From Eledone cirrhosa (Eukaryota), in assembly GCA_964016885.1 (NCBI GenBank), contig OZ024754.1, positions 19,220,001-19,284,000 on the forward strand: a stretch of 64,000 bases of DNA, written 5' to 3'. Of this stretch, positions 1-16,052 are shown one piece after another. How positions within the stretch are numbered: position 1 is the stretch's first letter; each line of letters opens with the position of its first letter. Both the position numbers and the translations under genes were made by a program. A model generated the notes under the pieces. It saw nothing but the letters and a program-made list of their open reading frames with translations. It was not told the DNA's origin and ran no database searches.

Positions 1-87
1 AATTAAACTATTTTTCACTGGGAAAAATTTGTCAGCATTTTCTTTTCCTTTTACTAATATATCACAACTCGTGTATTACACCTCTAT

Positions 88-1232
<1,145 letters not shown>

Positions 1233-1384
1233 ATGGTTGGAGGACTATAATGAACAAGAGCGGGATGAGGACCGAGCCCTTATGTGCACCTACTTGTACC
1301 TGCAATTCCTCACTAAATCCATTCCTATTCTCACTTTACTGACAGCACACCTGTACATAGCTTGCACTGTCCTCACAAGCCATT

Positions 1385-1458
<74 letters not shown>

Positions 1459-1583
1459 TTTCTCTCTCTCTCTCACTCTCTCACTCTCTCTCTCTCACTA
1501 TATATATGTATATATATATATATCATATATATACTTATACACTTATATAAATATATATATAATTATATACAGTATATATAAAT

Positions 1584-1616
<33 letters not shown>

Positions 1617-1984
1617 AACATGAGAAGAATGAATACTGCGTGGTTGCACATGGGTTACATATGATAAAAATAGTCCTTCATCAGTGATTTTCCAACCTTC
1701 ATTGGTATTTCATCGCTTTAAAAATCATATACTTCCAGTTGGTGCGAGCAATAGCTAAATAAAGCTATTGGGACAAGTAAATCGCGTAAAGCGAGCGAGA
1801 CAAGTAGAAGGATAGCAACGCAAAGATAGGAAAAAACAAATATATATATAACTTTGATAACTTTGATAGGTTTCGGCTAGAATTTGGCCAGACCATGTCT
1901 AACTTAATAGCACCACCTGGCGAAGTCTTTCAAATCAGGATTTGACACCATGGCCCATTCAAGTAGAGAGTTATTGTTTACGGG

Positions 1985-3580
1985 ATCATATCCGGATGTA
2001 GGAGTTTATCCGGGTGTAGGAGTTTATCCGGGATTTCTTGAAGATATTTGTCCAAAGACTTCTTGAACTTGGTGGGGTCTGTTTCTGTTTTAATGTGTTT
2101 TGATGTAATGTTAAAGAGAGCGGGGCCAATTGAGGTGAAATAATTGTGTCGTATGTTGTTATGAGATGCGAGTGAGATTTTTGTCGTGGGCGGATAGCAT
2201 GGGGCCCAAGCCTTGGGTGTACCTTAAAGGTGATGCCAACATCATTTGGGCAAAGCTGATGGAATATTTTCCACATCATGCAGATAATGTAGCGCTCACG
2301 GCGACGTTGGAGAGAATAAAGGTTGAGCTTTTCTAATCTACTCCATTTCTCCTTTTCTAATCGACTGTCATGCCATCTATCTTTTTTGTAATTGATCTTT
2401 GGGGTGCTTCAACTTTCACAATACTTTGTTTCGTGTGGCGAGACCACAGTGGACAACAGTTTTCAAGCTGGGGTCGGACAAAGGTGGAGAAGAGAAGGAT
2501 AACACTGTGGATATCTCTCGACTGGAAAGTTCGGAGAAACCAGGAACACATTCTGTGGGTCATGTCAACTTTACTGTTTATATGAATGGTCCAGCTTAAG
2601 TTGTCCACAATTACTCCCAGGTCTCTGATGTTGGATGCCACGAGAGAGTTTCACATGAAGGAAGAGAGTATTGGAGTTTCAGGGCATCCTTTTTTCCAAA
2701 GTGGATTAACTCGAACTTATCCTCATTCAACAGCATATTGTTCTTTTCTGCCCATTGGATAACAGCCAGTAGGTCTGACTGAAGGCATATCCGGTCACCC
2801 ACGCCATTGATGACATTTTGGGGCTTGGAATCATTTGAGAAGATTCTTATGTTGCTGTGCTAGATGATGTTAGTAATGTCATCAATGTAGAAGATGAAAA
2901 GAAGTGGGCCCAACACAGTACCTTGTGGGACGCCACTGCTGACTTTGGCTGGGCTTGATTTTACTCCTTCGACTACAACATGCTGGGTTCTGTCTGCCAG
3001 GAAACATTTGATCCACTGTAGTAACCTTCCAGAGCCACCAACATTGGATAGATTTTTCAGTAGAATCTTATGATCAACCCTGTCAAAGGCCTTGGTGAAA
3101 TCAAGGTAGATGACATTAGTGCTGGAGCCCTCTCCCAAGGCTCTCAAAACATCGTCAAAGAGATGCAAGAGCTGCGTTAGGCAGTCCCTTCCATTACGGA
3201 ACCCATGCTCGTTGGAGTTCAGCAGGCCGCTGCTTTCGAGAAAGTGGGTTATTCGTGATCTCACCTCCTTCTCAAATACCTTCATAATATGAGAGGTGAG
3301 TGACATCGGACGGTAGTTCACTGCAAGGGACTTATTTCCCTTTTTGAAAACTGGGACAACGGACTGGGACAGAAAGTTTTCAGGAATATAGCCAGTGTCC
3401 AGTGAGTTCCTCCACAGATTAGCAAGAGGAGATGCAAGTTGGTGTCGACACACCTTCAGGACACAAGCAGGGAACCTGTCAGGGCCTACTGCTGAATTGT
3501 GTTTAATTTCGTTTATTGCCGCTAAGACATCAGGGGCGCCAAACGTTATGTCAGATATAGTGTGTTGGGGATTAACATCA
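1985..3580 (-). mobile_element. CR1/Jockey-group LINE, degenerate RT fragment
   Basis: ORF 2860..3453 has NYRPMSLTS, GFRNGR, YLDFTKAFDRVDH, SGVPQGTVLGPLLF; downstream fragments RDLGV and VRPQLE..CPLWS. Confidence 0.92.
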
Positions 3581-3603
3581 CTATCATATATATACTTATA
3601 TAT

Positions 3604-3639
<36 letters not shown>

Positions 3640-3640
<1 letters not shown>

Positions 3641-3772
3641 AGTGGTTACACAACAGTTAGTTCATCATACCGAGAACAATTGTTTCACCTTAGCGGATCC
3701 TCAGCTTTACCTAACTCGTCCCATAGACTGAGTGCTCTACCACTATGGATATTACCTTCCAGTGTTCTACCA
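3640..3772 (-). mobile_element. Short HHR-bearing pLTR-like element (family also at 15617-15960)
   Basis: Minus 3671-3706: AG CUGAGGA UCC-GCUAA-GGU GAAA CAAUUG UU CUCG, with stem I truncated at a rearrangement junction; flanked by (TA)n. Confidence 0.6.
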
Positions 3773-3829
3773 CTATATATATATATATATATGATGTATA
3801 TATATACTTATATATATACTTATATATAT

Positions 3830-4377
3830 ATATATGGATGTATATATAATGTATTTTGTAATACACTTTATGCTTAATTAAAAGCATTTTGAAGACTGTA
3901 AGCAATTGTTTTAAAGTAGTGACAAATTCACTCACTTTGATCTCAGGAAACAGGGGAGATAAGCCGACAAGACTTGTTTCGCTTTGGTTGAAGCTTATCA
4001 AGGCCAACTACCCCACCTGTTTACTGAGATTATTGATGTTATATTCTTATAGAAATCTAGTAAATAATCAGGAGCTGATTATGCAGAGCGGTTGTTGGTC
4101 AGGCAGAAATTAAAAATTAGAATTGGAGCTCTGAAATAGCAATATATATATGGATGTATATATAATGTATTTTGCAATACACTTTATGCTTAATTAAAAG
4201 CATTTTGAAGACCGTAAGCTATTGTTTTAAAGTAGTGACAATTCACTCACTTTGATCTCAGCAAACAGGGGAGATAAGCCAACAAGACTTGTTTCGCTTT
4301 GGTTGAAGCTTATCAAGGCCAACTACCCCACCTGTTTACTGAGATCATTGATGTTATATTCTTATAGAAATCTAGTA

Positions 4378-4383
<6 letters not shown>
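3830..4383. repeat. Direct repeat of about 240 bp (about 3830-4067 and 4145-4383) in (TA)n
   Basis: Two near-identical copies starting tatatggatgtatatataatgtattttg. Confidence 0.85.
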
Positions 4384-4454
<71 letters not shown>

Positions 4455-4465
4455 TATATATATAT

Positions 4466-5797
<1,332 letters not shown>

Positions 5798-5911
5798 ATA
5801 TAGATAGATATATATATAATTATATATATATACATTTACCACTCTACTACCCTAAGTATTGAGTACTTTGGTGCGTTATGGTCCATCTGGTTCCTTACCA
5901 CATTTCCTTCG

Positions 5912-5989
<78 letters not shown>

Positions 5990-6062
5990 GAGCGGAACAA
6001 GTAAACATTAAACAATCTTTTAAATAAATTAAAATACGATTTAAATATTTACCTCTTCTAGT

Positions 6063-6143
6063 GCCATGACCGTACGGTTTCGCTTATCAAAAGATTGGAA
6101 ATTCAGAGAATTTCCAATGGAAAGATATAGCTCTTCAGATAGC
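6063..6143 (-). ncRNA. Type-I hammerhead ribozyme, GUC site, extended stem II
   Basis: GCUAU CUGAAGA GC...AUUGGAAAUUC-UCU-GAAUUUCCAAU...GC GAAA CCGUACGG UC AUGGC; all core nucleotides canonical, palindromic stem III. Confidence 0.88.
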
Positions 6144-6355
6144 TTTTCCAAATCTACTAGACATAAGTCCGTATAGATGTAGATATATCACCCTCTGCCC
6201 AGTGAATGAATAAAGCCATTAAAATGACCCACACACTTATTGGACCGTTAGAAATAGCGGGAATTATAGACTCGCTGATGTTTCATGCTGCTAGAAATAA
6301 CAGCATGATACAGCACTTCTTTCTCTACATTAAGGAGAATTAGATAAATGATATA

Positions 6356-6446
<91 letters not shown>

Positions 6447-7087
6447 CTGGGCACACAGGCATTACGATGTGTGTTTTCCTGCCAGCGACATATCAAATAT
6501 ATCGATTTTCATTTGAGCAACAACTCTGGTCCCACACTTTTGAAGGTTTATTATAACATTCTGTGGCTCTTTTGAGCTTGCGCATTTTTCAGATCTAGTT
6601 TAATATTTTTTTAAGGCAACGCTTGTAATAACTCTAGTTAAACATGATATATATTAATAATAAATTATCGTTGTAATGTAATCTCTCTATATATAAAACG
6701 GTAGATGTCTGTCTGTGTGTGTGTATGATTTTTATGTATTTCCACATTTCTCTACCGATTTTGATGATTTTTTTTCCAATGTGCTCCAAATTTACCAAGG
6801 CTGGTCAACACGAAATAAACTTTGCCAAACATTTCCTGCTTCTATGAAAAAATCGATAAAACTAAATACATGTTGTAACCCTCTCTCTTACACGCTTAAT
6901 TCCTCTCACTACTACCCTAAAAAATCTATGAAACTACATACATGTTGCAACTCTCTCTCTCTATATATATATCACACACATATACATATACATCTAAAGA
7001 GATAAAGGGAGATGTAGAGAGAGAGAGTGAGATATGTCGATATACAGAGAGAGGTACAAGATAATCAGATAGAGAGAGAGAGAGGGG

Positions 7088-7138
<51 letters not shown>

Positions 7139-7326
7139 GCGACGAACGCTGGTTCACACACACGCACACACACACACAAACACATATATATATATAAAGA
7201 CAGTGAGAGAGAGAGATATATGCGCGTTCTTTATTGTTCTCCATGCTGTAGAGGAAGAGAAGAGAGGGAGGGGGTATGAGTGAGAAAGAGGGTATGAAAA
7301 AAGAGGGAGAGGGTTGAGAAAGAAAG

Positions 7327-7650
7327 AAAGTTTAAGCAAAGAATCGCTGCTTTCAACATTAACGGGAACTTCTTAAACTAAAAAATTCAATCTGTGAACC
7401 GAAGGAAAACAGGAAGACGATAATTTGGTTCGTGAAGACGTTCCGTGGTAATGAACGGAAAAAAGCGAGGATAATACGTCGTTATGTGGGCCAAGAAGAA
7501 CAATTTCATCCAAAGACGAGACCAAGTTTATGGTATAAATGGAGTCGTTAGACTAATATTCTATTTAAAATAACCGAATGATTTCCAGCCCCGGAGTTTA
7601 GGAATGATATAAATAAAATTGTAAACGAAAATGACAGAGGTTATTAAAAT
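7327..7650 (-). mobile_element. Solo pLTR fragment of the YRDD-type PLE family with degenerate HHR
   Basis: Reverse-complement similarity to 19800-20160; degenerate HHR at 7329-7379. Confidence 0.75.
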
Positions 7651-7757
7651 AGTTGTTTCTACTTTTGGCACAAGGCCAGCAATTACCCAGTACATTACTG
7701 GTACTTTATTTTATCAACCCCGTAAGGATGAAAGGCAAAGTTAACCTCGACGGGATT
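7650..7757 (-). mobile_element. 5'-truncated Meta-type SINE
   Basis: Reverse complement of GAGGTTAACTTTGCCTTTCATCCTTACGGGGTTGATAAAATAAAGTACCAG...GTAGAAACAA. Confidence 0.8.
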
Positions 7758-8232
7758 TTAACTTTGCCTAAAATAGTAAAAGTAAATAGTGAAGATTTAG
7801 GCCAGTACATACGTATGCGCCGACGGACATACACATACATATACATACAGACACTCAAATACATACACACACACAAACACACACACACGCACGCGCGTGT
7901 GTGTGTAAACCTTATGCATTTCTACAGTATTTTCACCAAACTTAAGACATAGGTTACTTATGTACTCCGGATGGGCATGGGCACTTTTATTTTTCCAGAT
8001 ATTGATTATAGGGCCACCCAGCAGATAACCCCCTTTAACCACTTCCTTGGAGTCGACTGAAGCACTGCAGTGCAATGCAACAAAACATCATAACTTCTGA
8101 AGTTCGCAACCGATTTTCACAAAACTTGATACATGGGCTACGTTTGTTCTACAAATGAATGTGAAAGGAACTTAACATTGTAACTTTAACACAGCTACTG
8201 AGCAGCCCCGAGCAACGCCAGGCTTTACTGCT

Positions 8233-8460
8233 ATAGGCGATAAAGTTGTGCAGACAGACAGTCGTGCAGAGAGATGATATAGGCGATAAAGTTGTGCAGA
8301 CAGACAGTCGTGCAGAGAGGTGATATAGGCGATAAAGTTGTGTAGACAGACAGACGGGCTGATAGACGATGGAGGCATGCAGACAGACAGTCGTGCAGAG
8401 AAGTGATATAGGAGATAAAGTTGTGCAGACAGACAGTCGTGCAGAGAGGTGATAGGCGAT
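8233..8460. repeat. Minisatellite, about 46-bp unit, about 5 copies
   Basis: Unit ataggcgataaagttgtgcagacagacagtcgtgcagagagatgat. Confidence 0.9.
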
Positions 8461-8756
8461 GAAATTGCATTTTTTTTGTTTTTTTGTTTGTTTTTCATGT
8501 CCATCAAATTTCTTTGTTTCAAAATAACTGATAGTTTGGTTACGCTGATGTTTTTCCCTGAGACAAGTGTTGCAGTGTTTACATTTTCGATTTTTGTTAA
8601 TAGAGTACCGGTACAATTTTTATCCCCAGCATCCTCTTTTGTTTTAACATTCGAGTTATGGTTATGTTTTCTTAACTTCATAAGGCATACTGTTGGTTGA
8701 GGGAATATTAATCAAAAGTACCACATGAAAGTCTACACTGTAGACTCTACAGTTTT

Positions 8757-8823
8757 TAGCTATCATCAGCACCGTATACCCATCTGCCAGATAGTTGAAC
8801 GTTCATATATGTATGTGTACCTG

Positions 8824-8861
<38 letters not shown>

Positions 8862-9290
8862 TGCTACTGTACGTCTGTATACATATATGTACGTACGTAT
8901 ACATACATACTTACATTTAAGTAAGTGCCATACTAAGAGTGAGAAATGAAATTTCGTTTTCATTTTATTTCAACCTATCGTTTTCGGTATGCCTGACGGA
9001 TTTAACTCACTCAATATGCAAATTAGGCTGCTCAGCCGTTAATTTTCATAAGGAAAGTATATACTTTCGAACGTTCAACTATCTGGCAGATGGGTATACG
9101 GTGCTGATGATAGGTAACAAGCTTGAAACTAGTACATCGTTCTTGTGTCAGTGTTGAACAAAAAGGTGACGTGGTTGCCTTAACACCGTATGGCATAAAT
9201 TCAGGCTGTTCAGTTTGTTTACAAACGAACAAAGCGGCGTTATAATAAGCGTCCGCTAAACTGATACGTGCATATATGTATGTGTACCTG

Positions 9291-9346
<56 letters not shown>

Positions 9347-9396
9347 TGCTACTGTACGTCTGTATACATATATGTATGTACGTATACATACATACT

Positions 9397-9400
<4 letters not shown>
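8757..9400 (+). mobile_element. Retrozyme-like element (family of 63000-63680) with HHR and octamer motif
   Basis: HHR 9098-9140: ACGGUG CUGAUGA UAGGUAACAAGCUU GAAA CUAG UA CAUCGU; ATGCAAAT at 9016-9023; inverted partial HHR at 8757-8808; terminal direct repeat 8806-8913 / 9271-9400. Confidence 0.8.
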
Positions 9401-9736
<336 letters not shown>

Positions 9737-9739
9737 GTA

Positions 9740-12065
9740 TAAGAAAATGAGGGGTTTTTTAAGTGAAAAAAAACAAGATGTCCTACACGAGTGAAAGTAT
9801 AAGGAAAAAAGATGAAATCGAAAATGTAACTGGAGTTTTTTTAAGAATATTTTTTGTTTCCTTTACCGATTTCACAGTTCTTATGCTTTTCAAAAGTAGA
9901 ATTGAAATGGAGGGTTTGTGGTTTTTCTCGCATCTGGTTGGTGTTCGAATGTTACTTCTGTTTCATGTGGAATAAAGTAGCTCGAATTGTTAGGTTTTTT
10001 AGAAAATAATTTGGTTGGTTGATGACTTTCCCCTGAATAGGTATAATAAATTTCGCGCCAGTTCGCGTTACAAAGTTCTTATTGTATTTGACTTTTAAAA
10101 AAGGGGGCTTAAATTGTTTTTTCATATATAAGTGAAATTTGGTTGGTTGATGACAGTCACGTGAATAAGCACATCAACTTTCGCGCCATTTTGCGTTTGA
10201 GGGTTCTTTATTGTCATTTTCACTTTAAAAACTGGCTCAAAAATGTTGTTTTTTGATTGGTTATGACTATCACGTGAATAAGGGGTTCTTTTTAGCCGTT
10301 TTCACAGTCACATGATTTGTCATAGAAAGTTTTGTGCCAAACAAAAGATAACGGTCAAGAAAAAAAGGGATGGAGAGAATTTTTCTGGTTCAGTGAATAT
10401 GGCTGATGTGCTGAGGTGTCAAAATTAAGACTTTCTCTTGAAATAAATGGAATGTTTGTATCGATAGTGGTGGTGGTGGCGACAGGGTAGAAAATAGAGA
10501 TATATATTTTTTATTTGTGTGCGGGTGTTCGCGCGTGTGTGTGTGTGTAGGAAAATGATTCCATTAGTAGAAATGGAGAAGGGAGCTATGTGTGTGTGCA
10601 TGGGTGTTATATATGTGTGTGCATGTGTGTTATATGTGTATGTGTATGGGTGTTATATGTGTGTGTGAGGGTATGGTTAGCATGTTAAGGTGTTATAGTA
10701 TTAACGTATGTTAAGATCTATTTAGCTCTGGTTTTTATTTTCGACTATAGAAGAGGGTGTTATGTGTGTGTGTGAATGTGTCTGTTTGGTGGTTAGCATG
10801 TTATGGTGTTAACATATTAATGTATATTAAACTATATTTAATGCTGGTCTATATTTTTGAATAAACATATTTTCCTTATTTATTTGTATTTGGTCTGTTG
10901 TATTGTCAGCGCAAAGATAAATTGGGAGGACTTGGAATTTGGGTGTCTTATCTGTTGTGCAAATGTCTAGATGAGCACTGAGTAGTATCTGTCTTGTGGT
11001 AGGGTCTCGTAATTGTTTGGCGATGAATTGTCATTCTGTTTCTGAGTTTGAGTTTAGTTTGTCCTATATAATCTTCATTGTATCCTTTACATTTAATGAC
11101 ATAAATTAAATTCATTGATTTGCAAGTGAAGTGATTTTTTACAGCAAAATTTTGTCCTGATTGAAATGTATACATGTTGCCTTCAATGAGGTGAGTGCAA
11201 GTTCCACAATTAGAGCGGCCACATTTTTTGACAGTTGGTTGTGGGTTTGTGGTAGGTAATTTGGCATTGGTGAGTATTGTTTTTAGTGATTTCGGTTGTC
11301 TTTTGCTTTTGATTATTTTGTGTGTTTCAAGTGCTTTTTTCATTCTTGGGTCTTGTTTCAGTAATGGGATGTTCTTGTGAATAATGTTGTAAGCTTCCGC
11401 ATTTCTCGAATTGTGTGTTGAGATATATGATAGAATATTGGACGTACCTTGAATTTGTTTCTGTTTTCGTAATTCATCGATGCCTATTGCTTCAGCCCTT
11501 TCTATTCCATTATTTATTAGTAATGGTGGATTGGCAGTATCGGTAGAGGGTCTGACGCCCTGATTTGACGCATAGAGTTACGGCCCTTGCCATTCTCAGT
11601 TCAAATCCCGCCGAGGTTAACTTTGCCTTTCATCCTTACGGGGTCGATAAAATAAAGTACCAGTAATGTACTGGGTAATTGCTGGCCTTGTGCCAAAAGT
11701 AGAAACAATTATTTATTAGTAATGGTGGGTACTATCTTTCGAGCAGATTTCTTGAAATCTTTCATTTCCCGTTTCATAATTTGAGACAATTGTGCAAATT
11801 GTTCTTGCTAGGTTAAAAGGAATGTACGTCTTCGTGTGTTTTGGATGGTTGGAGGTGAATAGAAGATATTGTTTGGAATCTGTTGGTTTGTAGTATATGT
11901 CAGTTTCAATATTTCTGTCTTTTTTATGATTAAGATGTTCAGAAATGGGAGTTGATCTTGGCTGTATTCCATTGTGAATCGGATGTGGTTATTGATGCCG
12001 TTAATTAAATTTGAAATCATTTAGTTGGTCCAGTGTGTGAGACCAAAGAATAAGGCAGTCACCCA
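9740..12065 (-). mobile_element. Decayed Penelope-like element (RT thumb, Cys motif, GIY-YIG) with 3' pLTR region
   Basis: ORF 10948..11343: CGRSNCGTC...NLIYVIKCKGYNEDYIGQT...LRNRMTIH; ORF 11808..12020: IRFTMEYSQDQLPFL; variant HHR at 9861-9896. Confidence 0.85.
11525..11712 (+). mobile_element. tRNA-derived Meta-type SINE inserted in the PLE, with TSD
   Basis: A-box TGGCAGTATCGG, B-box GTTCAAATCC, Meta-like core; tatttattagtaatggtgg duplicated at 11511-11529 and 11710-11728. Confidence 0.88.
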
Positions 12066-12077
12066 TAGATATATATA

Positions 12078-12145
<68 letters not shown>

Positions 12146-12178
12146 TATAGCGTGGAAGATAGACGTTAAACGATGATG

Positions 12179-12259
<81 letters not shown>

Positions 12260-12267
12260 AGAAATTT

Positions 12268-12635
12268 GTATAGAAATTTCGTATTTCTAAAGAAACACAG
12301 TTTTAGGAAGCCGTAGCTATGCAAACACCGGAGCTAACGCCCTCTGGTGGTGTCAAGCAGAAGCAAGGGGGACAACCGTCTATACAATTCAAGCTTGACT
12401 GACCTTCCTCAGGACGGTACGCCCCACCGCTTGCGACTGCTGGACTTGAAAACAGTCGAGAATATATAGTTTTCTCGTCTGAGGGACCGTCCTGAGAAAG
12501 GTCAGTAAAGCCTGAAATGCATACACGGTTGTCACCCTTACTTCTGCTGGACAGCACTAGAGGGCGTTAGCCCCGGTGTTTGCATAGCTACGGCTTCCTA
12601 AAAGCGTGTTTCTTTAGAAATACGAAATATCTATA
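12268..12635. mobile_element. About 370-bp fold-back element carrying two inverted, mutated HHRs
   Basis: About 150-bp imperfect arms; HHR motifs at 12375-12418(-) and 12486-12529(+). Confidence 0.8.
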
Positions 12636-12669
12636 CACATTTGTATAAAGCTATGCTTGAAGCGAATTA

Positions 12670-12729
<60 letters not shown>

Positions 12730-12735
<6 letters not shown>

Positions 12736-15546
12736 ATACTTGGGGAGGGTCATATTGTTGTAATAATATTGCCAGAATAATAACAGAACACACTCACTGT
12801 TTGGTTGGTTTTCGCTTCTGTATCTTTTATATCTCCACAGTTAATTCATTTGGTCCTCATTGTTTATCATTGACTGACCAACGGTCAAAAATATAGATAT
12901 AAATACATATATATAGTCTAACAAAGTTCTTTCGTTTCACATCTGCAACATCATCAGTGGTACTATTATGTTCTTCCTGTTGTATTGTATGTCTATGCCA
13001 TTTTTATTTTATCTGTTTATTTATTTATATTTCTCTTAAGTCAGTATTGTTTGTTTTGGGTATTGTTATTCCATTCATTTTTTCTGTTTAGCTTTGACTT
13101 TCTAAGCTCTATTTCGCTTGCCTCTCTGATTTGCCTACCTGCTATGTCATTTCTATGTTTAGATATTATTTTAATTTCTATGTTGTCTATGTTACCGACA
13201 TGTTCGTATAGTACTGAACCGTTTTTTCGTTCTTTTAATTCCCCCCAGTGTTGGTCTATCCTTTCACCTATGCTACGAGCTGTCTCGCCTATGTATGTTG
13301 TTGTCATGTTTCTGCAAGTACCCTCTGTACATCTTATGCTATAGACTTCGTTTCTAGTTTTACAGTTTATCTGGGAGTTTACTTTACATATAACACATTT
13401 CCTATTAGTACAGTGGGTTTTCTTAAAAGGGTATTTTTTGCTGATCAGGGATTTTATGGCAGTTCCTGGCTTTTCTACCATTTAGTGGTTCTTTCTCGGG
13501 GCCTTTCTACATTGGTTAGCTAATTTCCCTCCGGAGGTAGCGTCCACGATCATGACACTCTGGTATCTGTGGTTGTCGTACCATGAGGTGGCTTACCCTC
13601 TCTTATGTTTAGTCCTATCTAAGCTATTCCATGATTCTCTCCTGTATAATGGGCAAATTCCTTTCATGTCCAGTTCTATGAGGGTCTTATACTTTTCCGT
13701 GGCTCCTTTGTATACTCTGATTCTGTCTCGTTGGTTGTAGCCAGAGAACTGCATGCGTTTGATGAAGTGTTGGATGTGTCTTTCTGTTGGGTCGCACATG
13801 CGGGACACGTTCTTCATCACTCGTACCAAGTCTGCAATCAGAATATTAAACTTAGCACTATTGGACATTGCTGAGTTTTTGAGTATCAGGTATTTGGAGG
13901 CCATGGGTTTAGCATAGTGTGAGTGGAGAATTTGGGCCCTCTCATCTATAGTGTTAATCCAGAGTTCCGTGTCTAATACAGGTAGTCTATTGTTAGGGTG
14001 TTTGAAAGAGTAGTCGATAGTTACAGTTATACTCTGGTGTATGGAGTTAGCTATCTGCTGGATGCTTTCCATTGTGCTACATTCTAAATCATATTTGTTA
14101 GTACTCTCTTGTGGGGCTGTCCTTACTACTATATTAATATCGTCTACGTAACGAGAGTACATGATGATGTCTATGGAGCTCTCATCAGGAGATCTTTGAG
14201 ACACCTTTCCCACCATACCATAAAAAGGTTGGCAACGTCACCAGCTATGCTGACGCCAATGGCTGCTCCCTCATTTTGGGTGTAGATCTTTTCGTTGAAT
14301 TTAGGATAGTTTTAATATTAGCCCCTATTGCATGCGCGACCATTTTCTTACCTGGTCATTGTTTTGGGGGGTCCGTATGACCTTGGTCCACCCAATCCAC
14401 CTTCCCATGGGAGTCTTTTTTGCCATTGAGGTTATGGTGGGGGCTCTACCTCTTATGGGTCTACTGGAGCAGAAACGGTTATGGCTGTCTAGGTACTCGG
14501 TGTCATAGGTATGTCTAAGTAGAGGGCCCAGTTTACCTGTGTCGACGTCACAGAACTCCACCTCACTCTCACTGATCATCTCCACACTTTTTTCCACAGC
14601 AAAATCAATGTCAATGGATGGGTATAGTGATACCACGTCCATATTTCCTATTATGCAGTTAGATAGGTTTTTGTCTTTGTTGCACTCATTGATTCTGCTG
14701 AGGAGGTCCTCTGTACTGTCACATACATTTGGGGACATCTTAATTATGGGGCGTATAACCATTGAGAGGAAGTAGGAGATCCTGTAGTTGCTAGCGATAT
14801 TGGCTCTGCATACAGGTCTTGTTCGTGGTCCTGTTGTCGGGTAGTCGACTGTCTTATGGTCTTTGCGGAGCCCATACAAGGGTGGTGTGTCATTGTTAGA
14901 CGCCTGGAAGTTGTTGGCAGTGCGTCTGCTTGGCTTTAGGATGTCGCTCCACAATATCATGTAAGCGTTGAGGATCTTCTCTCTCCCCTCATGTGTTTGT
15001 TGTGTAATTTCGCCCGTGTTGGTGATGTGGGGTTTCATAGCCTTGATATAGTGTGGCATGCTGTCTATTGACATCCTACCAGACTTATCCGTGGGTAGAC
15101 ATACTACCTCACCATCCCTTGTGTGCTGCTTGTGGCTAACTAAGCCTTCTACAGGTTTCTTTCCAAGTTGTTGGGCCTCTGGTCTGCTCTGTCTCTTAGT
15201 ATACCGGTCTACTATTTGTCTAATCTTATTTCTAGCCATGGTGAACTGTGTCTCTGTCTCGTGATTTATTTGTTGTGGCATACAAACTCTTTTATTAAAG
15301 GGTAACCTCGTAGGATAAATATTACCCATCTTATATGTTTTGTCAGCTGGATTGAAGAATAGTTTCTCTAAGGAGTTGTCATTATGTCTATCGTCATAGT
15401 TGTGCGTGTTGCTATTATTGTTATTATGGTTGTTGTTGTGCCTCCCATTAACATTATTATTATTGTTATGATTGTTAGATGTATTGTTGTGGTTTTCTCT
15501 TTTGTTTCGACACACGATTTCATATAAAAAACCTCGCAAAACAAAT
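12730..15546 (-). mobile_element. Decayed PLE, relative of the 24.8-32.2 kb element, with 3' pLTR/HHR and short inverted 5' extension
   Basis: Frameshifted ORFs 14325..15539, 13593..14216 (YSRYVDD) and 13041..13481 (VY..C...YIGETARS); HHR-like motif 12913-12966; plus-strand [14 protein letters not shown] piece at about 15503-15546. Confidence 0.92.
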
Positions 15547-15701
15547 ATATATATATATACACTTATATATATTATATATATATTATATATTTATATTATA
15601 TATATATATTATATATAGTGGTAGAACACTGGAAGGTAATATCCGTAGTGGTAGAGCACTCAGTCCATGGGACGAGTTAGGTAGAGGTTAGTTCACCATA
15701 C

Positions 15702-15739
15702 CGAGAACAATTGTTTCACCTTAGAGGATCCTCAGCTCG
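15702..15739 (-). ncRNA. Minimal hammerhead ribozyme
   Basis: CGAG CUGAGGA uCCU-CUA-AGGu GAAA CAAUUG UU CUCG. Confidence 0.8.
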
Positions 15740-15964
15740 TAATGGACATGGTTATACGGAACAGAAAGGACAACCGTACGAAGGCGCATGCGCAGAAACG
15801 ACCACTTCACACAGGCAATACTAAATTGCGTGCGAGAGGTGTAAGAGAGATAACTGCGAAATCCGAAAGTTTCTAGTTGATAAGAAAATTAGGATGTTGT
15901 TGTAATTCAATCCGGAGCTTTGTAGTTATGTAAGAGGTGTTTCTAGACGTGTGGACAACGTGTA

Positions 15965-16049
<85 letters not shown>

Positions 16050-16052
<3 letters not shown>

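Larger units (their letters stand above)
6682..8234 (+). mobile_element. Probable non-autonomous Helitron with nested insertions
   Basis: 5' TCTCTCTATATATAAAA..GTCTGTCTG..ACCGATTTTGATGA and 3' CCCGAGCAACGCCAGG..GCTAT resemble invertebrate non-autonomous Helitron termini; it is not certain both ends belong to one element. Confidence 0.5.

Noticed and set aside
1862-1940. Possible hammerhead on minus (UUGAAAG...GCCGAAACCUAUC)
   Set aside because: Core and stem I/III register do not fit.
4073-4132. CUGAUUA-UGC...GCA-GAAA hammerhead-like motif
   Set aside because: G8 is lost and there is no UH cleavage site.
11525-11612. tRNA gene
   Set aside because: The A/B boxes belong to a SINE head followed by a shared core and a TSD; there is no full cloverleaf.
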